DNA of 64,000 bases from Candidatus Moanibacter sp. (GCA_965215885.1 CBDCEW010000098.1:1-64000); one strand, 5' to 3'. Shown: positions 21,096 through 32,173, numbered from the stretch's first letter. Made by a program: numbers and translations. The notes: generated by a model from the sequence alone, not told the origin.

Positions 21096-21494
21096 CTAAC
21101 GCAGAGATCCGCTACCTCCATCCGGCTTCATCTTAAACGTCTCCGCGCAGTCGAGGCAAAGGACTTTACGGGAGGGAATCGGAACGAAGATGGATAGAAT
21201 CAGTAAGATCGCACTCCAAGGGGACAGTTCCATCATGTGCACATTCGATGAACCGCAGTATGGACACTCCATGATTCCCTTCTCGTGTTCGAAATCCAGA
21301 TTGAGAATCTCTCCTGCCTCTTTGACTGATTCCTCCGGCACTTGCAGGCGAATTCCGCCCATTGCGCCGATATACATCCAGTTTACTTGAGCGGAATACT
21401 CATCGGGAATAAAGGCGTCGATCCCACACGCCTCGAGCACCGATCGTTTCAAATAGGCCTCAGAAAGAGTGCTGAATCTGGCAATTGTCTCCAC
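21096..21494 (-). CDS. DUF2007-type putative signal-transducing protein with Zn ribbon
   Basis: EAYL.RS.LE..GI..F..DE...GGIRLQV; CPYCGS...CLDC. Confidence 0.8.
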   Translation of the reverse strand: METIARFSTLSEAYLKRSVLEACGIDAFIPDEYSAQVNWMYIGAMGGIRLQVPEESVKEAGEILNLDFEHEKGIMECPYCGSSNVHMMELSPWSAILLILSIFVPIPSRKVLCLDCAETFKMKPDGGSGSLR

Positions 21495-21539
21495 TAACCC
21501 GCTTATCGCACAAGACCGGAAATCCCTGAGATTTCCGGT

Positions 21540-22073
21540 CTAATGTCTCTCCTCCACCGGTATGTACGTGACTGGCGGTGTGTGCTTCTTCAGTAACTTA
21601 CGTGTCTCAGGATTCAGCTTTCTGAACAACTGTGGTGTAATCGCGAGTCCGCTGGAATTCAACACGGCGGCAGTCATGACTGTCTGGCCAAACAGATCAA
21701 GCCGCTTCTCTCGCTTCGTTCCGAGAGGACCGCACATGACTGGGCCGTAATGTGCCTTTATCACGTGGCGACACTCCGCACCCTGCGAACGCAGCCATTC
21801 ATCCCCTCTATCTTTTAGCTCTTTCAAGTGGCACACTGCAAGGTCCGCCCTATCGCCCGGATAGGCCACAAGACCAGCATCGCCGATGAATTTCACGATT
21901 ATTCCCCCATCCCTTTCGATTATATCACCGACGAATTCGTAGTATCGTGACATGAAGTCAAACATGCCGCCCGGCGAAAGCGGTCGGGCAAATCTCGCAA
22001 ACCGGGTCAGGTCGAAGAATGAAACAACGAGTTCCACCTCCACGGGCGATTCGATTTTATCAAATCCAGTCAT
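21540..22073 (-). CDS. Standalone class III nucleotidyl cyclase-domain protein
   Basis: FFDLTRF and VKFIGDA metal-binding aspartates; HYGPV..G; D.FG.TV. Confidence 0.8.
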   Translation of the reverse strand: MTGFDKIESPVEVELVVSFFDLTRFARFARPLSPGGMFDFMSRYYEFVGDIIERDGGIIVKFIGDAGLVAYPGDRADLAVCHLKELKDRGDEWLRSQGAECRHVIKAHYGPVMCGPLGTKREKRLDLFGQTVMTAAVLNSSGLAITPQLFRKLNPETRKLLKKHTPPVTYIPVEERH

Positions 22074-22371
22074 CTTTCAATCTCCTTATCGTGTTATTGA
22101 CGTTTAACAGCGGCCCATTTTGTCCGCCTGGAAGAAAACAAGGGATCGCCAGCCCACAGGTCTGGCAGTTAGAAAGTTGAGCCTATGAAGCTCCTCTATG
22201 AACCGAAGCAAGCGTGTGACTCTCGCCCAAAGCCGATGCTTTCGCATCGATGTTGTTCAAAGTCGTTTCCATTCGATTCATAAGTTATTCTGGAAGAGGG
22301 TAATACACTACTGTATCGCCAATTCAATGTCAAGAATCTCGCTCCGTTCTTCCGAATATTTCTTCTAGATA

Positions 22372-24287
22372 GACCTTATCCGAAAAGCTACTGATTGGCC
22401 GCAAAGAGGCGCAAAAGGCGCAAGAAAAACTTGAGAAAATCATTTTTTGGCTTGATAAAAAGTGTCGCAACATGCTAGTGTTTAACAACTTAAGATTAAG
22501 AAAGGAGTTAAACATGCCAACATGTGCGACAGAGGAGAACAAAAGCGATAAGACGCCCCTTAGCAACCTCATTCTGCCGGTTCCAGACACGGATTTCCGT
22601 GATTTTCTGGATGAAGTTGAAGAATTGGCCGGGTTCGCGGCGCAAATCATCGAGGCGATCGAGAAGGATCTGGACGCCCATGCGCGTGAGAAGAAGAAAC
22701 TTCGATTGGAAGATCGCAGGTTCTTTGAAGGGCGCACAGCGGAGCTGCCGGAGCTGGACATCGAGGAGGAGAATATTCTGGCTGCTGAATTGAATCTTGG
22801 GGCAGGCCGGCCGCGGATGCCGGCTTATGCGGTATACGTGTTCGTGATGCTTCGAGGGTTTCTGGGTTCGTTGACCACGAAACCGGCACGGCGGTTTGTG
22901 CGCGAGTCGATGAGCTTGTACGGATTTTTGCAGAGCGGGGGACTGAGAATGCCGGCGGTGACGACGATTCTGGAGAACGTGAACCTGGTCAGCCATACGA
23001 CCCGCGAGTTGATCTTTGATAAACAGATTGGGTTTATCCTCCAGGAGCAATGGGACGATTTCGGGAAGCTGACGATCGACAGCACCTCGGTGAAAGCAAA
23101 CAGCTGCTGGCCCACCGATGGGAAGATTCTGAGCGGTCTTTTGATGCGGGCCAATCGTTTGGGTCAGAAGTTGCATGTCTTCGGGCTGGAGGATTTTCGC
23201 AAGGGATGGGTTGGGCGTTGGCTGGAGGAAATGGACAAGCTGGAGTTTCAGATTTGTCTGGCCGCGGGCAAACCGAAGTCGAAGGGCAAGCTGAAGAAAC
23301 ACTACCGGCGGTTGCTCAAGCGGGGCCGCAAGGCGGCCGACTCACTAACGGGGGAACTGAGCCATCTTGAAGAGGGCCTGTCGATGGATTCACTGCCTCC
23401 CACTCGCCGGGAGCTTCTGGAGCGGGCATTGAGCCAGATCAGGGGCGATATTGCCGACGCCAAGCGGGTTGTTGAGTATGCTCATGATCGGGTGTTTCAC
23501 GAAAAGAAGCTACCGTCCACACAGAAGGTCCTGAGCCTCTCGGACGGATCGGCGGCCTACATCAAGAAGGGCAGCCGCAATCCAGTGATCGGGTACAAGC
23601 CACAACTGGTTCGCAGCGAAAACGGTTTTGTCACCAGCCTGATCGTACCGCAAGGCAACGCGGCAGACTCCATTGAGCTGGCGCCGGCCATCGGCGATTC
23701 GATCAAGCGCACCGGTGTCATTGCTGAACTGGTCAGCACCGATGACGGATATGCTTCGGCGAAGGGACGCAAGGAGGTGCTGAGCATGGGGGTAAAGCAG
23801 ATCAGTATCAGTGGGGCGAAGGGCAAGAAGTTGACCACCCCCGAGGACTGGGAGAGCGAGGCGTATCGCGAGGCACGCCGCGATCGCTCCGCAGTGGAGT
23901 CGCTGATGTTCACGATTAAAGATGGATTTGCCTTTGGCGAACTCGGCCGCCGCGGCATCGATGCGGTAGGCGATGAACTGCTCGAGAAGGTTCTGGCCTA
24001 CAACTTCTGCCGCATCATACTGATGAAGAAACGCCGAGGGGAGGAACTGGAACAGGCAGCCTGAATCTGACCGCTTTGAAGCTCAGAGAAAAAAGCACCA
24101 CGGGATGAGTATGCCTCCAGACAGCGGCAAATATACGTATTGTGCAGCAAGCCACGCCGATGGCCGCTCAATACCTGCTCATCGGCAGCGCCGGCAGCCT
24201 AAAACCCGAAACCTGCCAGCCATAGGCTGGTCCGCCCGTGGCGGAGAACCTTAAACCGCCCGCTCGAAAGGCTTTTCGAATGGGGTC
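22372..24287 (+). mobile_element. ISNCY-like insertion sequence (1916 bp)
   Basis: IRs GACCTTATCCGAAAAGC / GACCCCATTCGAAAAGC; 6-bp duplication TAGATA at 22366-22371 and 24288-24293. Confidence 0.9.
22514..24064 (+). CDS. DDE transposase (ISNCY-like)
   Basis: IDSTSVKANSCWPTD, STDDGY, RSAVES...K. Confidence 0.9.
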   Translation: MPTCATEENKSDKTPLSNLILPVPDTDFRDFLDEVEELAGFAAQIIEAIEKDLDAHAREKKKLRLEDRRFFEGRTAELPELDIEEENILAAELNLGAGRPRMPAYAVYVFVMLRGFLGSLTTKPARRFVRESMSLYGFLQSGGLRMPAVTTILENVNLVSHTTRELIFDKQIGFILQEQWDDFGKLTIDSTSVKANSCWPTDGKILSGLLMRANRLGQKLHVFGLEDFRKGWVGRWLEEMDKLEFQICLAAGKPKSKGKLKKHYRRLLKRGRKAADSLTGELSHLEEGLSMDSLPPTRRELLERALSQIRGDIADAKRVVEYAHDRVFHEKKLPSTQKVLSLSDGSAAYIKKGSRNPVIGYKPQLVRSENGFVTSLIVPQGNAADSIELAPAIGDSIKRTGVIAELVSTDDGYASAKGRKEVLSMGVKQISISGAKGKKLTTPEDWESEAYREARRDRSAVESLMFTIKDGFAFGELGRRGIDAVGDELLEKVLAYNFCRIILMKKRRGEELEQAA

Positions 24288-25326
24288 TAGATACCCCTTT
24301 TTGGTGCCGCACCGCTCCTTCAGGATTGGTCGGTCGATCTCCACTACCGTCTCGTTATCTCGCTTGATGCTGAGAGTCCAGGGCCGCTTCTGAATAACGA
24401 CATGAACATACATAGCATAGGTCTCGGCAAAATCATCATATATGTTCGTCGCTGCATAGAGCGATACAAAGTCTGTTCGAACAAGACTCTGGTAGACGCC
24501 GGGAATATCTTCCGAGCGCAGTTCAGCATCATCGAACCTGTAATATCTCACACTTTTTCTCTGTTCAAAATCATCATCGAATACACTTTCATAATCGCCA
24601 TTAGACGATCGCCATGACAGTTTTCAAAAGGGCCAATTCTCGGGATCGCCCCCTTTAAACAAATTAGGGTGTGCCTCCTTCGCAAAGCCAACCATATGCC
24701 CTATTTCGTGTAGAAGAATGTATTGAATGGCTTGGATCCGATCGTCTGACTCTTTCTCTTCAATCACGGCTTCCAATCGATACGAAATGTTACCTGAAAA
24801 CGCGCTGCTCTCTTTCCAGGTGGCCCACTCGTTAGCTGCTCTTTTCAATGGATCCACATCGAGAACTATAAATCCTTTTCTAATATCCTCGTATTCTCTG
24901 AGGGCTTCTCCGTAAGCTGTTCCGCCCAGCTGTCGAACCAGGAAAACGGCGACTGTATACTCCCGAAAATGCTTCTGTACCGCTTCCGGAAATTTCACAA
25001 ATGCACTGACAATATCTGCATGAAACGCGGGATCGATTCGAGCAGCTTCCGGAATTTCTTCCCATCCATTGTAAATATTATCCTTCCTTAGATAATCGAT
25101 AATCACATCTGGTGCCGGAATGATTCGGTCGCTTATATCTCGTCTGTCCCATCCTTCCCAGGTAGCGTGATCTCGCGCTTCGTGCTGTCGCAGTTCCCTG
25201 AACAATCTGTCCCTTGAACCGCTGCAATCTCCGAGCAACGCTACAAGGGAGCACCCGAAAAATATCCAACTTGGAGCCTGTAAGACTTTGGTCGGCAGGC
25301 TCCGAGCAACAAGAAATCTGTCGAAC

Positions 25327-25595
25327 TTATGGTTCAACAGATTTCTTGTTTCCGATTCCCCATCGAAAACCAATCCCCAATGGATGCCCGATCACATCAC
25401 GGTAGGTGCTGCTCATTTTGCCCCATCTTGCCGGAACGTAGCTCTCCTGTGTTTCAAGCAACTCGAACTCGACATCAACAGCTGTGTTCAGGTAGTCAGC
25501 ATCTGATCGTAGGAACTCGCCCAGATTTCATAGCCTCGCTCGACATCTGCTTCTTCAAGCCCCAGGCCCTTGTCCACCTTGAATGCCTTACTCAT
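25327..25595 (-). pseudogene. Internally deleted methyltransferase-like gene
   Basis: N-terminus ...VERGYEIWASSYDQ joined out of frame to a C-terminal-like segment ending ...KKSVEP*. Confidence 0.45.
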
Positions 25596-25779
25596 GTCGC
25601 AATCCCGACGATGTTTTTACTCCTAAAGATCGTTCAGCTGCTATAACGGCCATTATCAAGACCGAAATTTCAGTAGCGCGGTGCTTTAGCCCGCGTCGAT
25701 GCAGAAGCTCGGGCTAAAGTCCCGAGCTACGAATCGCAAATCTTAGCGCCATTCGGATCCACCAACCTCTTCCGATTCG

Positions 25780-26481
25780 TTAGTTCAGTGCCGTACAGAA
25801 TCTCCCAAACCGGGGCTGCTACTTATCCAGCTTATTAAAAGAGGCGATCACGTTAGTAGCCTCCACAATTATCAGCCTGCGTTCTGCAAAACCGAAAAAG
25901 CGCGAATCCTTGCTGATATCGCGATTATCTCCCATTACAAAATAGTGCTTTTCCGGAACGACGATTTTTTCAAAATCTCTCTTGTCCGTGGGAATTACTG
26001 GAATACTCATAACCGCGTGTTTTCTACCAACTAGATCCTCTTCAGCGAATTTTGCGTGGCGCTTGAGTTCGGGCATCAAATCCCTCGTGTATTCACCAGG
26101 TAATTCCGAATAGTCCAACCGCTCACCATTGATGTAGAGTATATTTTTCCTCATTTCGATTTCATCATGGGGAACTCCGATCACTCTTTTTACCAAACGA
26201 ATGCCGTCTTCAGGGGAAAACAAGACAACAATATCTCCTTTCTCGGGCTCTGACCACTGCTTCAAACGGTGTAGCGTGAGGGGAATGCGGAGACCATAGG
26301 CCAGTTTGTTTACATAAACCAGATCTCCCTCCAGGATGGTTGGATTCATGGAACCCGAAGGAACCCAATTCCAATCCGCCAGGCTTGATTTCAAGGGAAT
26401 AAGAATGAATACGACAAAAAAGATCGTGCCACGCCATTCTCTCCACTGATTCGCTAGAGATTTCCTGATATTTTCCCTCAT
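25780..26481 (-). CDS. lepB: Signal peptidase I; TAG at 25819 appears premature
   Basis: GSMNPT serine, LVKRVIG lysine, YFVMGDNR.SKDSR; in-frame QPRFGRFCTALN* follows the TAG. Confidence 0.85.
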
Positions 26482-26858
26482 GACCTTTCTCGACCAAACC
26501 CGGGACAGATTTGATCCATTATTTATGGTCGAATTTCAACTACGATCATGACGACAATGATAGGGCGGACAGATTCACCAGATGTGAATACCGACAAGGC
26601 GCTCACCCGAATCCAATTAATTTGAAGATGAGAAACCAAATCTCACCGGACAGAATGATAATGGAGTATTATTTCTAATTTATTGAAAATCAAAAATAAC
26701 AGAACCATGGGTCAGGTTTCCTCTTACTTTGATCGGTCACCGCAAGGATCGGTGGGTTGGCTACTGCATCAGCGGGCTAACTCTTTGAAAATGCTCTCCA
26801 GCGGGGACCACTCCATCGTCTCCTGCTGAGCCGGGCTCGTGCCTTCTCCAGGAAATAC

Positions 26859-27227
26859 TCATGGCTCCACGTATATCGTCTGTGGATTGATTTTCGGAAA
26901 GAACGCGATGGAGTGAGTATCTGTATCCCCTACGTTCTCGATTCTGTGGACGATACCTGAAGGGATAAAGAGCGAAAACGGAGCGGATAATTCCCTTGGT
27001 GCGTCGTCTCCAATAGTCACCGATGCTCTTCCCGCCAGGACCACGATCGTTTCTTCTACGTCGTGGTAGTGAGGATTTATTACTCCGCCGGGTTCTTGGT
27101 GCTGCTCCCAAACTTCACTCTGTTCGGCGCCGACAGATGCGGTGATTGTTTTGCGTCCCCGAATTCGGCTTACGGGATAACTCCTCCCCTTGGTGAAAGG
27201 CTGATCTGAGTCGAGGATAATGGCCAT
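26859..27227 (-). CDS. Cupin-domain protein
   Basis: PHYHDVEE...FIPSGIVHRIEN. Confidence 0.9.
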   Translation of the reverse strand: MAIILDSDQPFTKGRSYPVSRIRGRKTITASVGAEQSEVWEQHQEPGGVINPHYHDVEETIVVLAGRASVTIGDDAPRELSAPFSLFIPSGIVHRIENVGDTDTHSIAFFPKINPQTIYVEP

Positions 27228-27362
27228 TGTTCGAAGTCTTCTCCCTGGTTTCGTTAAAACGCAATTGGTAAGCCCCGCTCCCCGGGAAATGCACGGCAAC
27301 GGATTTGGCCCAAAGAATTTTCGTTGAGAGCAGATGGGGATTCGTAGCTCAAAGCAAGAATC

Positions 27363-28052
27363 CTATGTCTTATCAAACCAGAGCATTCTTTTGCACAGTT
27401 TCCGATGTTCGATATGTGATTTCTCGCAGTATCCAGTTGGGGTGTATCCCCAAGAACGCACCATCGCTTCCATTTCCCGGCTTCCCTGTTCCTCGGTTAA
27501 TGGTCCCAAAATAAAACGGCCGCCAGGTGCCACGACATCGGACAACAGATGTTCCATCAGTTCATGTTCCCTGGCCCTCGGCACATACTCGAGTTCGGCC
27601 ACACAAACGAAGTCATACTTCTTCTCAGGCGTCCAGAACATGGCGTTTCCGGTGAAGAATCGATTTTCCCACTGCGGAAGCCGGCGTTTTGCCAAATCGA
27701 GCAATCCTTCGGAGATATCGAGGCCGTAAAACTCCACTTTCAAACCTGAGCCGCCCAACCACTGATCCAGCATCTCAATGAGATGTCCATTGGCACACCC
27801 CACATCGAGAAAGTCCCCATCGCTGTCGATTGCCTCCAGAATCATTCCGCGGGTATAGCGATAGACGGATTCCCCGCCACTGTGCCCGGACTGGGCGCGC
27901 GGATTGTCCGCCGCGAGGTAATACTCTGTAAAGGTCCTGTTATGAATATCGAACCACTCCTTCTCAGTAATCCGACCTTCGTCCAACGCGGTCTGTTGTT
28001 CCTCACAGAACTTATAGGCCCTGTTTTTTGCGAACTTGAGAGATTCAGTCAT
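27363..28052 (-). CDS. Class I SAM-dependent methyltransferase
   Basis: FLDVGCANG, YGLDIS, PGGRFI. Confidence 0.85.
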   Translation of the reverse strand: MTESLKFAKNRAYKFCEEQQTALDEGRITEKEWFDIHNRTFTEYYLAADNPRAQSGHSGGESVYRYTRGMILEAIDSDGDFLDVGCANGHLIEMLDQWLGGSGLKVEFYGLDISEGLLDLAKRRLPQWENRFFTGNAMFWTPEKKYDFVCVAELEYVPRAREHELMEHLLSDVVAPGGRFILGPLTEEQGSREMEAMVRSWGYTPTGYCEKSHIEHRKLCKRMLWFDKT

Positions 28053-28101
28053 TCTCTGATTTTTGAAACAATGGAGTTTGCTGCTCAAGCCTCGCACCTA
28101 C

Positions 28102-28452
28102 TCATGTCGATGGTGCGAGCAATTCGGCGTTATCCATCTGGATCATTATTGCCATCATTCCTGATTCGCTTCCTTTCGAATGTAATTCACCTTCCTCAAG
28201 ATATGCGCCTTGACCGGCGGAGATCAGCACTCGAACCCTATCAGATCCAGAAATCCATCCCGTTCCTCTTACCGCGAGGAAAATCTGGCAGAATCCGGAA
28301 GGATGCTCTCCGATGGATCCTTCTGGATCAATATATACGCAGTATACATTCAGAGCGCCAGATCCCTGTGCAATATATACTGAAGCGCTCTTGCAGCTCT
28401 CGAATTGGGTGATCGGATCGGCAATCTCTGAATCAAACGAGAAAATCTTCAT
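28102..28452 (-). CDS. Cupin-domain protein
   Basis: IGEHP...QIF..V.G.GW...GELHSKGS. Confidence 0.8.
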   Translation of the reverse strand: MKIFSFDSEIADPITQFESCKSASVYIAQGSGALNVYCVYIDPEGSIGEHPSGFCQIFLAVRGTGWISGSDRVRVLISAGQGAYLEEGELHSKGSESGMMAIMIQMDNAELLAPST

Positions 28453-28494
28453 TAATCGATTGTTTGCAATAAGTGGCAGTATGCAGCAACCAAA

Positions 28495-28691
28495 CTAGTA
28501 GGCACTTGCACGCCGAAACGAATCAAACAGCCTCTAAATAGTGGATCACGAAACTGTGTTGCCCACGGTTTTCTTTTGAATTGCGTTAGTATATTCCAAT
28601 CACACTTGTTCGAGGTCTAGTAGGCACTTGCACGCCGAAAGCTCAAACAGCCCTAAATAGTGGATCACGAAACTGCCCACGGTTTTCTTTT
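28495..28691 (+). repeat. Imperfect direct repeat, 83 and 75 bp, each starting CTAGTAGGCACTTGCACGCCGAAA
   Basis: Copies at 28495-28577 and 28617-28691 with a 39-bp spacer. Confidence 0.9.
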
Positions 28692-28707
28692 CAGCTCTCT
28701 TCTCGAC

Positions 28708-29529
28708 CTAAATTCCGGTGAGAATGCTCTCATACATCCCCCTACGGTAAGCCTGGACAAAATTCTCCAGTTCCCGTTTCCAGCCCTCAGGCGAAGCAGA
28801 AATTGATAGAGGAGCTGAAGCGGGGTCGTTGAGCCACCCTTTCAGCATTGAAACCCGTCTATCAACTTCCGAACGCACGACTGCAAAGTTCACCCTCCTG
28901 TCTTGGGTGTATCCCGTCAGGAAACCATCAATGATTCCGGAATCCAGAAGTCCTGCCGGATTATGGCGCGTATCGAACAGCACCATGTAGATTGAATTGG
29001 CTAGTTCGTATTCGTATGACGAATAACAGGCGTTCTCGAAGTCAATAACCGTATGGGAGGCGTCGCTGGACAGAACGTTGGTCGGGTTGAAGTCACCGTG
29101 GATCAATTGGTCTTTTTTCAATCTGTTCTCCATAACGTATAGATCATAGCGACAACTCAGCTCAGATAAGACGGTATGAAACTCGGCAAGTAGCTCTCCA
29201 AGTAGCTCTCCGTAATCGAAGGCTTTAGCAAATGACGAGATGTCGAAGGAGGCTCCTTCTATGTAAGGGAATAAAACTGCACAGTAGAACCTACCCTCGT
29301 ATCGGGTTTCCTCTATAAGTCGGCCCGATGGAAATGTCAGGGGCTTGATTACAATACTCGTGACTGCCTCGAGATCCCTCAGTAATCTCAATTCTTCGTC
29401 AAGAGCCTCACGCGATCGATGGTCAGGGTCCGTCAAGCGTAGGATACACGTTTCGCCCTGCACCGTCGCTTTGAACACTTCATTCTGACACCCGCGAATG
29501 TGCTCAAGTATCTCAATACCGTCTAACAT
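28708..29529 (-). CDS. APH/homoserine kinase II-like phosphotransferase
   Basis: IHGDFNPTNV and IDFE motifs. Confidence 0.85.
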   Translation of the reverse strand: MLDGIEILEHIRGCQNEVFKATVQGETCILRLTDPDHRSREALDEELRLLRDLEAVTSIVIKPLTFPSGRLIEETRYEGRFYCAVLFPYIEGASFDISSFAKAFDYGELLGELLAEFHTVLSELSCRYDLYVMENRLKKDQLIHGDFNPTNVLSSDASHTVIDFENACYSSYEYELANSIYMVLFDTRHNPAGLLDSGIIDGFLTGYTQDRRVNFAVVRSEVDRRVSMLKGWLNDPASAPLSISASPEGWKRELENFVQAYRRGMYESILTGI

Positions 29530-29555
29530 TTCTGTCAGGCTGAACACCGAAGGTC

Positions 29556-29643
29556 GTAGGATTCTGCCGTACGGCAGAACGGAGGGCGTTCCAGTTTCGA
29601 TTTGCGAATTTGGTTCATCCTCTGCCGTACGGCAGAGTCCTAC
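29556..29643. repeat. GTAG-type REP doublet (gtaggattctgccgtacggcagaa)
   Basis: Inverted pair with tctgccgtacggcaga palindrome. Confidence 0.75.
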
Positions 29644-29724
29644 ACACTTCCTCCCTTATTCAATCTTTCGCGAATGGCCAAGTTCTTGATGGTCGGACGG
29701 CTCATTCATATTGGTATGCGCCTG

Positions 29725-30273
29725 TTATCTGTGCTCAGCAACGGTCTTCGGCGCAAGTGCCTTAATGGTCAACCGCGGAATCATGATACGCAGTAGCTTC
29801 GGATATTTTCCGTTGGGCCATGGCTTTGGATCCGTAGCTAACGAAGGACGCGCGCGGAGCGCTTTAACTACCAAGGGTGCATGTTCGATGAACTCCGCAA
29901 CCGTGCCGATCGGAGGCAGCGGCGCACTTTGCCAGTAGTCGTCGCCGATCCAACTGATGTAGTAGGTGCGATCGCCCTGATAATTGACTAAGAGCCCATC
30001 GAATTCATCCGATGGAATGCGAACCCGTGTGCCGTCTATGATATCGATCTGGAAGGCACCTTCTCCAAAGGCCACGGTGAAACCAAAGTCCTCGAGTGTA
30101 AGGTCCTCGTGACGCCAGTGATCGGTGATCCGATAGTCAGGATACTTACCAATCTCCCTTCGCAGGGCATCGTACTCCCGATCGTACCAAAACATCCTGT
30201 AATAGGAATACCCCAGAAATGGCAGCGCCACAAGAAAGGAAAGAATTCCAAGGGTGTAAAAGATGATTCTCAT
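29725..30273 (-). CDS. Hypothetical membrane-anchored protein
   Basis: N-terminal TM; stop overlaps AGATAAC. Confidence 0.7.
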   Translation of the reverse strand: MRIIFYTLGILSFLVALPFLGYSYYRMFWYDREYDALRREIGKYPDYRITDHWRHEDLTLEDFGFTVAFGEGAFQIDIIDGTRVRIPSDEFDGLLVNYQGDRTYYISWIGDDYWQSAPLPPIGTVAEFIEHAPLVVKALRARPSLATDPKPWPNGKYPKLLRIMIPRLTIKALAPKTVAEHR

Positions 30274-30286
30274 TCGCTGTTTCCAT

Positions 30287-31087
30287 TCACACTTTTCCAA
30301 TAAACGTTCCCGCATCTTTCTGTATCCGAATGGCACCGGATTTCTGCAACCTGGCTTCGAGAAATTCCCGAAAATCCTCCTTCCGGTCTGCAATCGGTTC
30401 GGAGAGTCTACCGCTCGAATTGTAATAATCCATCAAGGGCGCCACTTCAGTTACATGGAGATGATCTTCGAAGCGTAGTACCTCTACATTTGAGAAATAC
30501 TCCGACAGGATTGCGACTCCGTTGTCTAATCTGAATCCGAAATCATCACGACTGTTGTGAACTCGCCGACCAAGGAAATCCGACATCAGCTCGAAGAGCT
30601 TTGCCATATGAGCTATTCCATTTGTCGCCGCATAGAATTTCCCGGCACCCTTTAAGACTCTTCTAACTTCCAGTAGTCCCTTCTTCAGATCGGGCACATG
30701 GTAGAGCATGTGATTTGCAATGACAGCGTCAAAGGAACGATCTTCAAACGGCAGATCCTGTATATCGGCGACCTGGAAAGAGAAATTCGAAGATGCCTCA
30801 GATAGGTTGGCTCGGGTCTGTTCGAGCATGCCTGAAGAGAAATCGGTCAGAGTGAGTTTCCAGGAGCTATTGAGCTTTTCGATATTCTTCAGCCACAGGG
30901 TCCCCGGACCGCAACCTGTATCCAGAATCGCTGCATCCGTCGGAAATTCAAAATGACTGAATATCCAATCGATCCAGCCCTGCCGATTCGTCGAAAATCT
31001 GGCGTGCAGATTCGCACGCGCATTCAAATTTGAGGCAGTCTTGTACTGGTTCTCCAGGAGGTAGGACTGGTCATCAACTTTTTTCAT
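30287..31087 (-). CDS. Class I SAM-dependent methyltransferase
   Basis: QY....NL.AR..LH, LDTGCGPG, IANHMLYHV. Confidence 0.9.
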   Translation of the reverse strand: MKKVDDQSYLLENQYKTASNLNARANLHARFSTNRQGWIDWIFSHFEFPTDAAILDTGCGPGTLWLKNIEKLNSSWKLTLTDFSSGMLEQTRANLSEASSNFSFQVADIQDLPFEDRSFDAVIANHMLYHVPDLKKGLLEVRRVLKGAGKFYAATNGIAHMAKLFELMSDFLGRRVHNSRDDFGFRLDNGVAILSEYFSNVEVLRFEDHLHVTEVAPLMDYYNSSGRLSEPIADRKEDFREFLEARLQKSGAIRIQKDAGTFIGKV

Positions 31088-31218
31088 CTTACTTCACCGC
31101 AACTTTAAGCTGAATTGCGAGGCTCCTATATGGATTTGCGCAGCAATATCCATTTCCAAAATAAGGCCTTTAGAAACCAAGAGGAAGAGGATAATCTCAG
31201 TACCTTCCGCGAATGCAT

Positions 31219-31958
31219 TTAGGGGTCATCGTTGATCGGATTTTCTAGAGCTTCCACCTCAAATAGATGGGAAAGTCTATCCGGCAATCCACGTTTACTA
31301 GAGTAATTCCTTCCATCCAGATAGTTGCCAGAAGAATCGTAGAACATCTCGGAAATTCGTATCATGTCATTCCTTGAATAGCCCACTGGAAAGCGAAGTT
31401 TATCATTAATGGTTATTCTTTTCTCGGCTTGTCCAAAGTAGCTGAAGGCTTCATTTAGTTCATTGCCTGCCTTTCTAAAGAACTGATCAGCCCTCGCAAT
31501 TCCTAAGGTTGTTTGAAAGTGCTTTTTTAGCTTACCACGCATCTGTTGCCCCTTTTCAGAAAACATGGGTATTCTATACTCAGCAGTATCACCATTTTTC
31601 CAAACTTCCTCCAAGTTGAGTCGTTCATAGTCTCTAATTTCGCGATTCAATCTTTCAAGGGTCTTTTCTATGCTCGCACGTTCTCCCTCGGTAAATCTCA
31701 TAACTTCTGATATTTCTTCTGTAAGCTTGAGACCACCAAAGGAAAACACAGGAATATGAATCACCTCAAAGGCTCTTTTGGTGAGACTGACGAATCCCTC
31801 TGGTTGAGACCACCAAAGGAAAACACAGGAAATCTTGTTGACGAATCCCTCTGAATCTTGTTTTCTTCTGTTCGTTCCCTCTCCAACTTACCAATACGCA
31901 GCAGCAGTTCGGAGTTTCGCAACTCAAGATCGGCCACTTTCTCCCCGAGATGTTCCAA
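31219..31958 (-). pseudogene. Hypothetical protein frameshifted by an internal duplication
   Basis: PVFSFGGL-coding block duplicated (~31728-31755 and ~31805-31832), splitting the ORF. Confidence 0.65.
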
Positions 31959-32173
31959 ATCTCCCTTGGCTTGATCGCGGTATTCATCGACTGCGAGCGA
32001 TCGCTCCGTGTCGCATTCTACATTTCCTGGAATAAGAAAAAAACCCGGCCAACCAAGACCCCTGCGGCAAAAACACTCAATAGTCCGAGAGTCGCCCCAA
32101 GAAACAAGAGTCGCTGAGATTTAATCATGACTTGAATTTTCAGGTGAGTGCGGCCACCCCTCCGGGCAAAGGG

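Larger units (their letters stand above)
22330..25373 (-). pseudogene. Zincin-like (HExxH) hypothetical gene with in-frame TGA at 24624, interrupted by an IS
   Basis: HEIGH motif; 24624-25373 and 24168-24551 are the same frame; removing the IS restores ...KKGYLEEIFGRTERDS*; true start probably downstream of 25373. Confidence 0.75.

Noticed and set aside
31728..31855. Duplicated blocks here and at 9860-10078 as DGR template/variable repeats
   Set aside because: No adenine-specific mismatches and no reverse transcriptase in the window.
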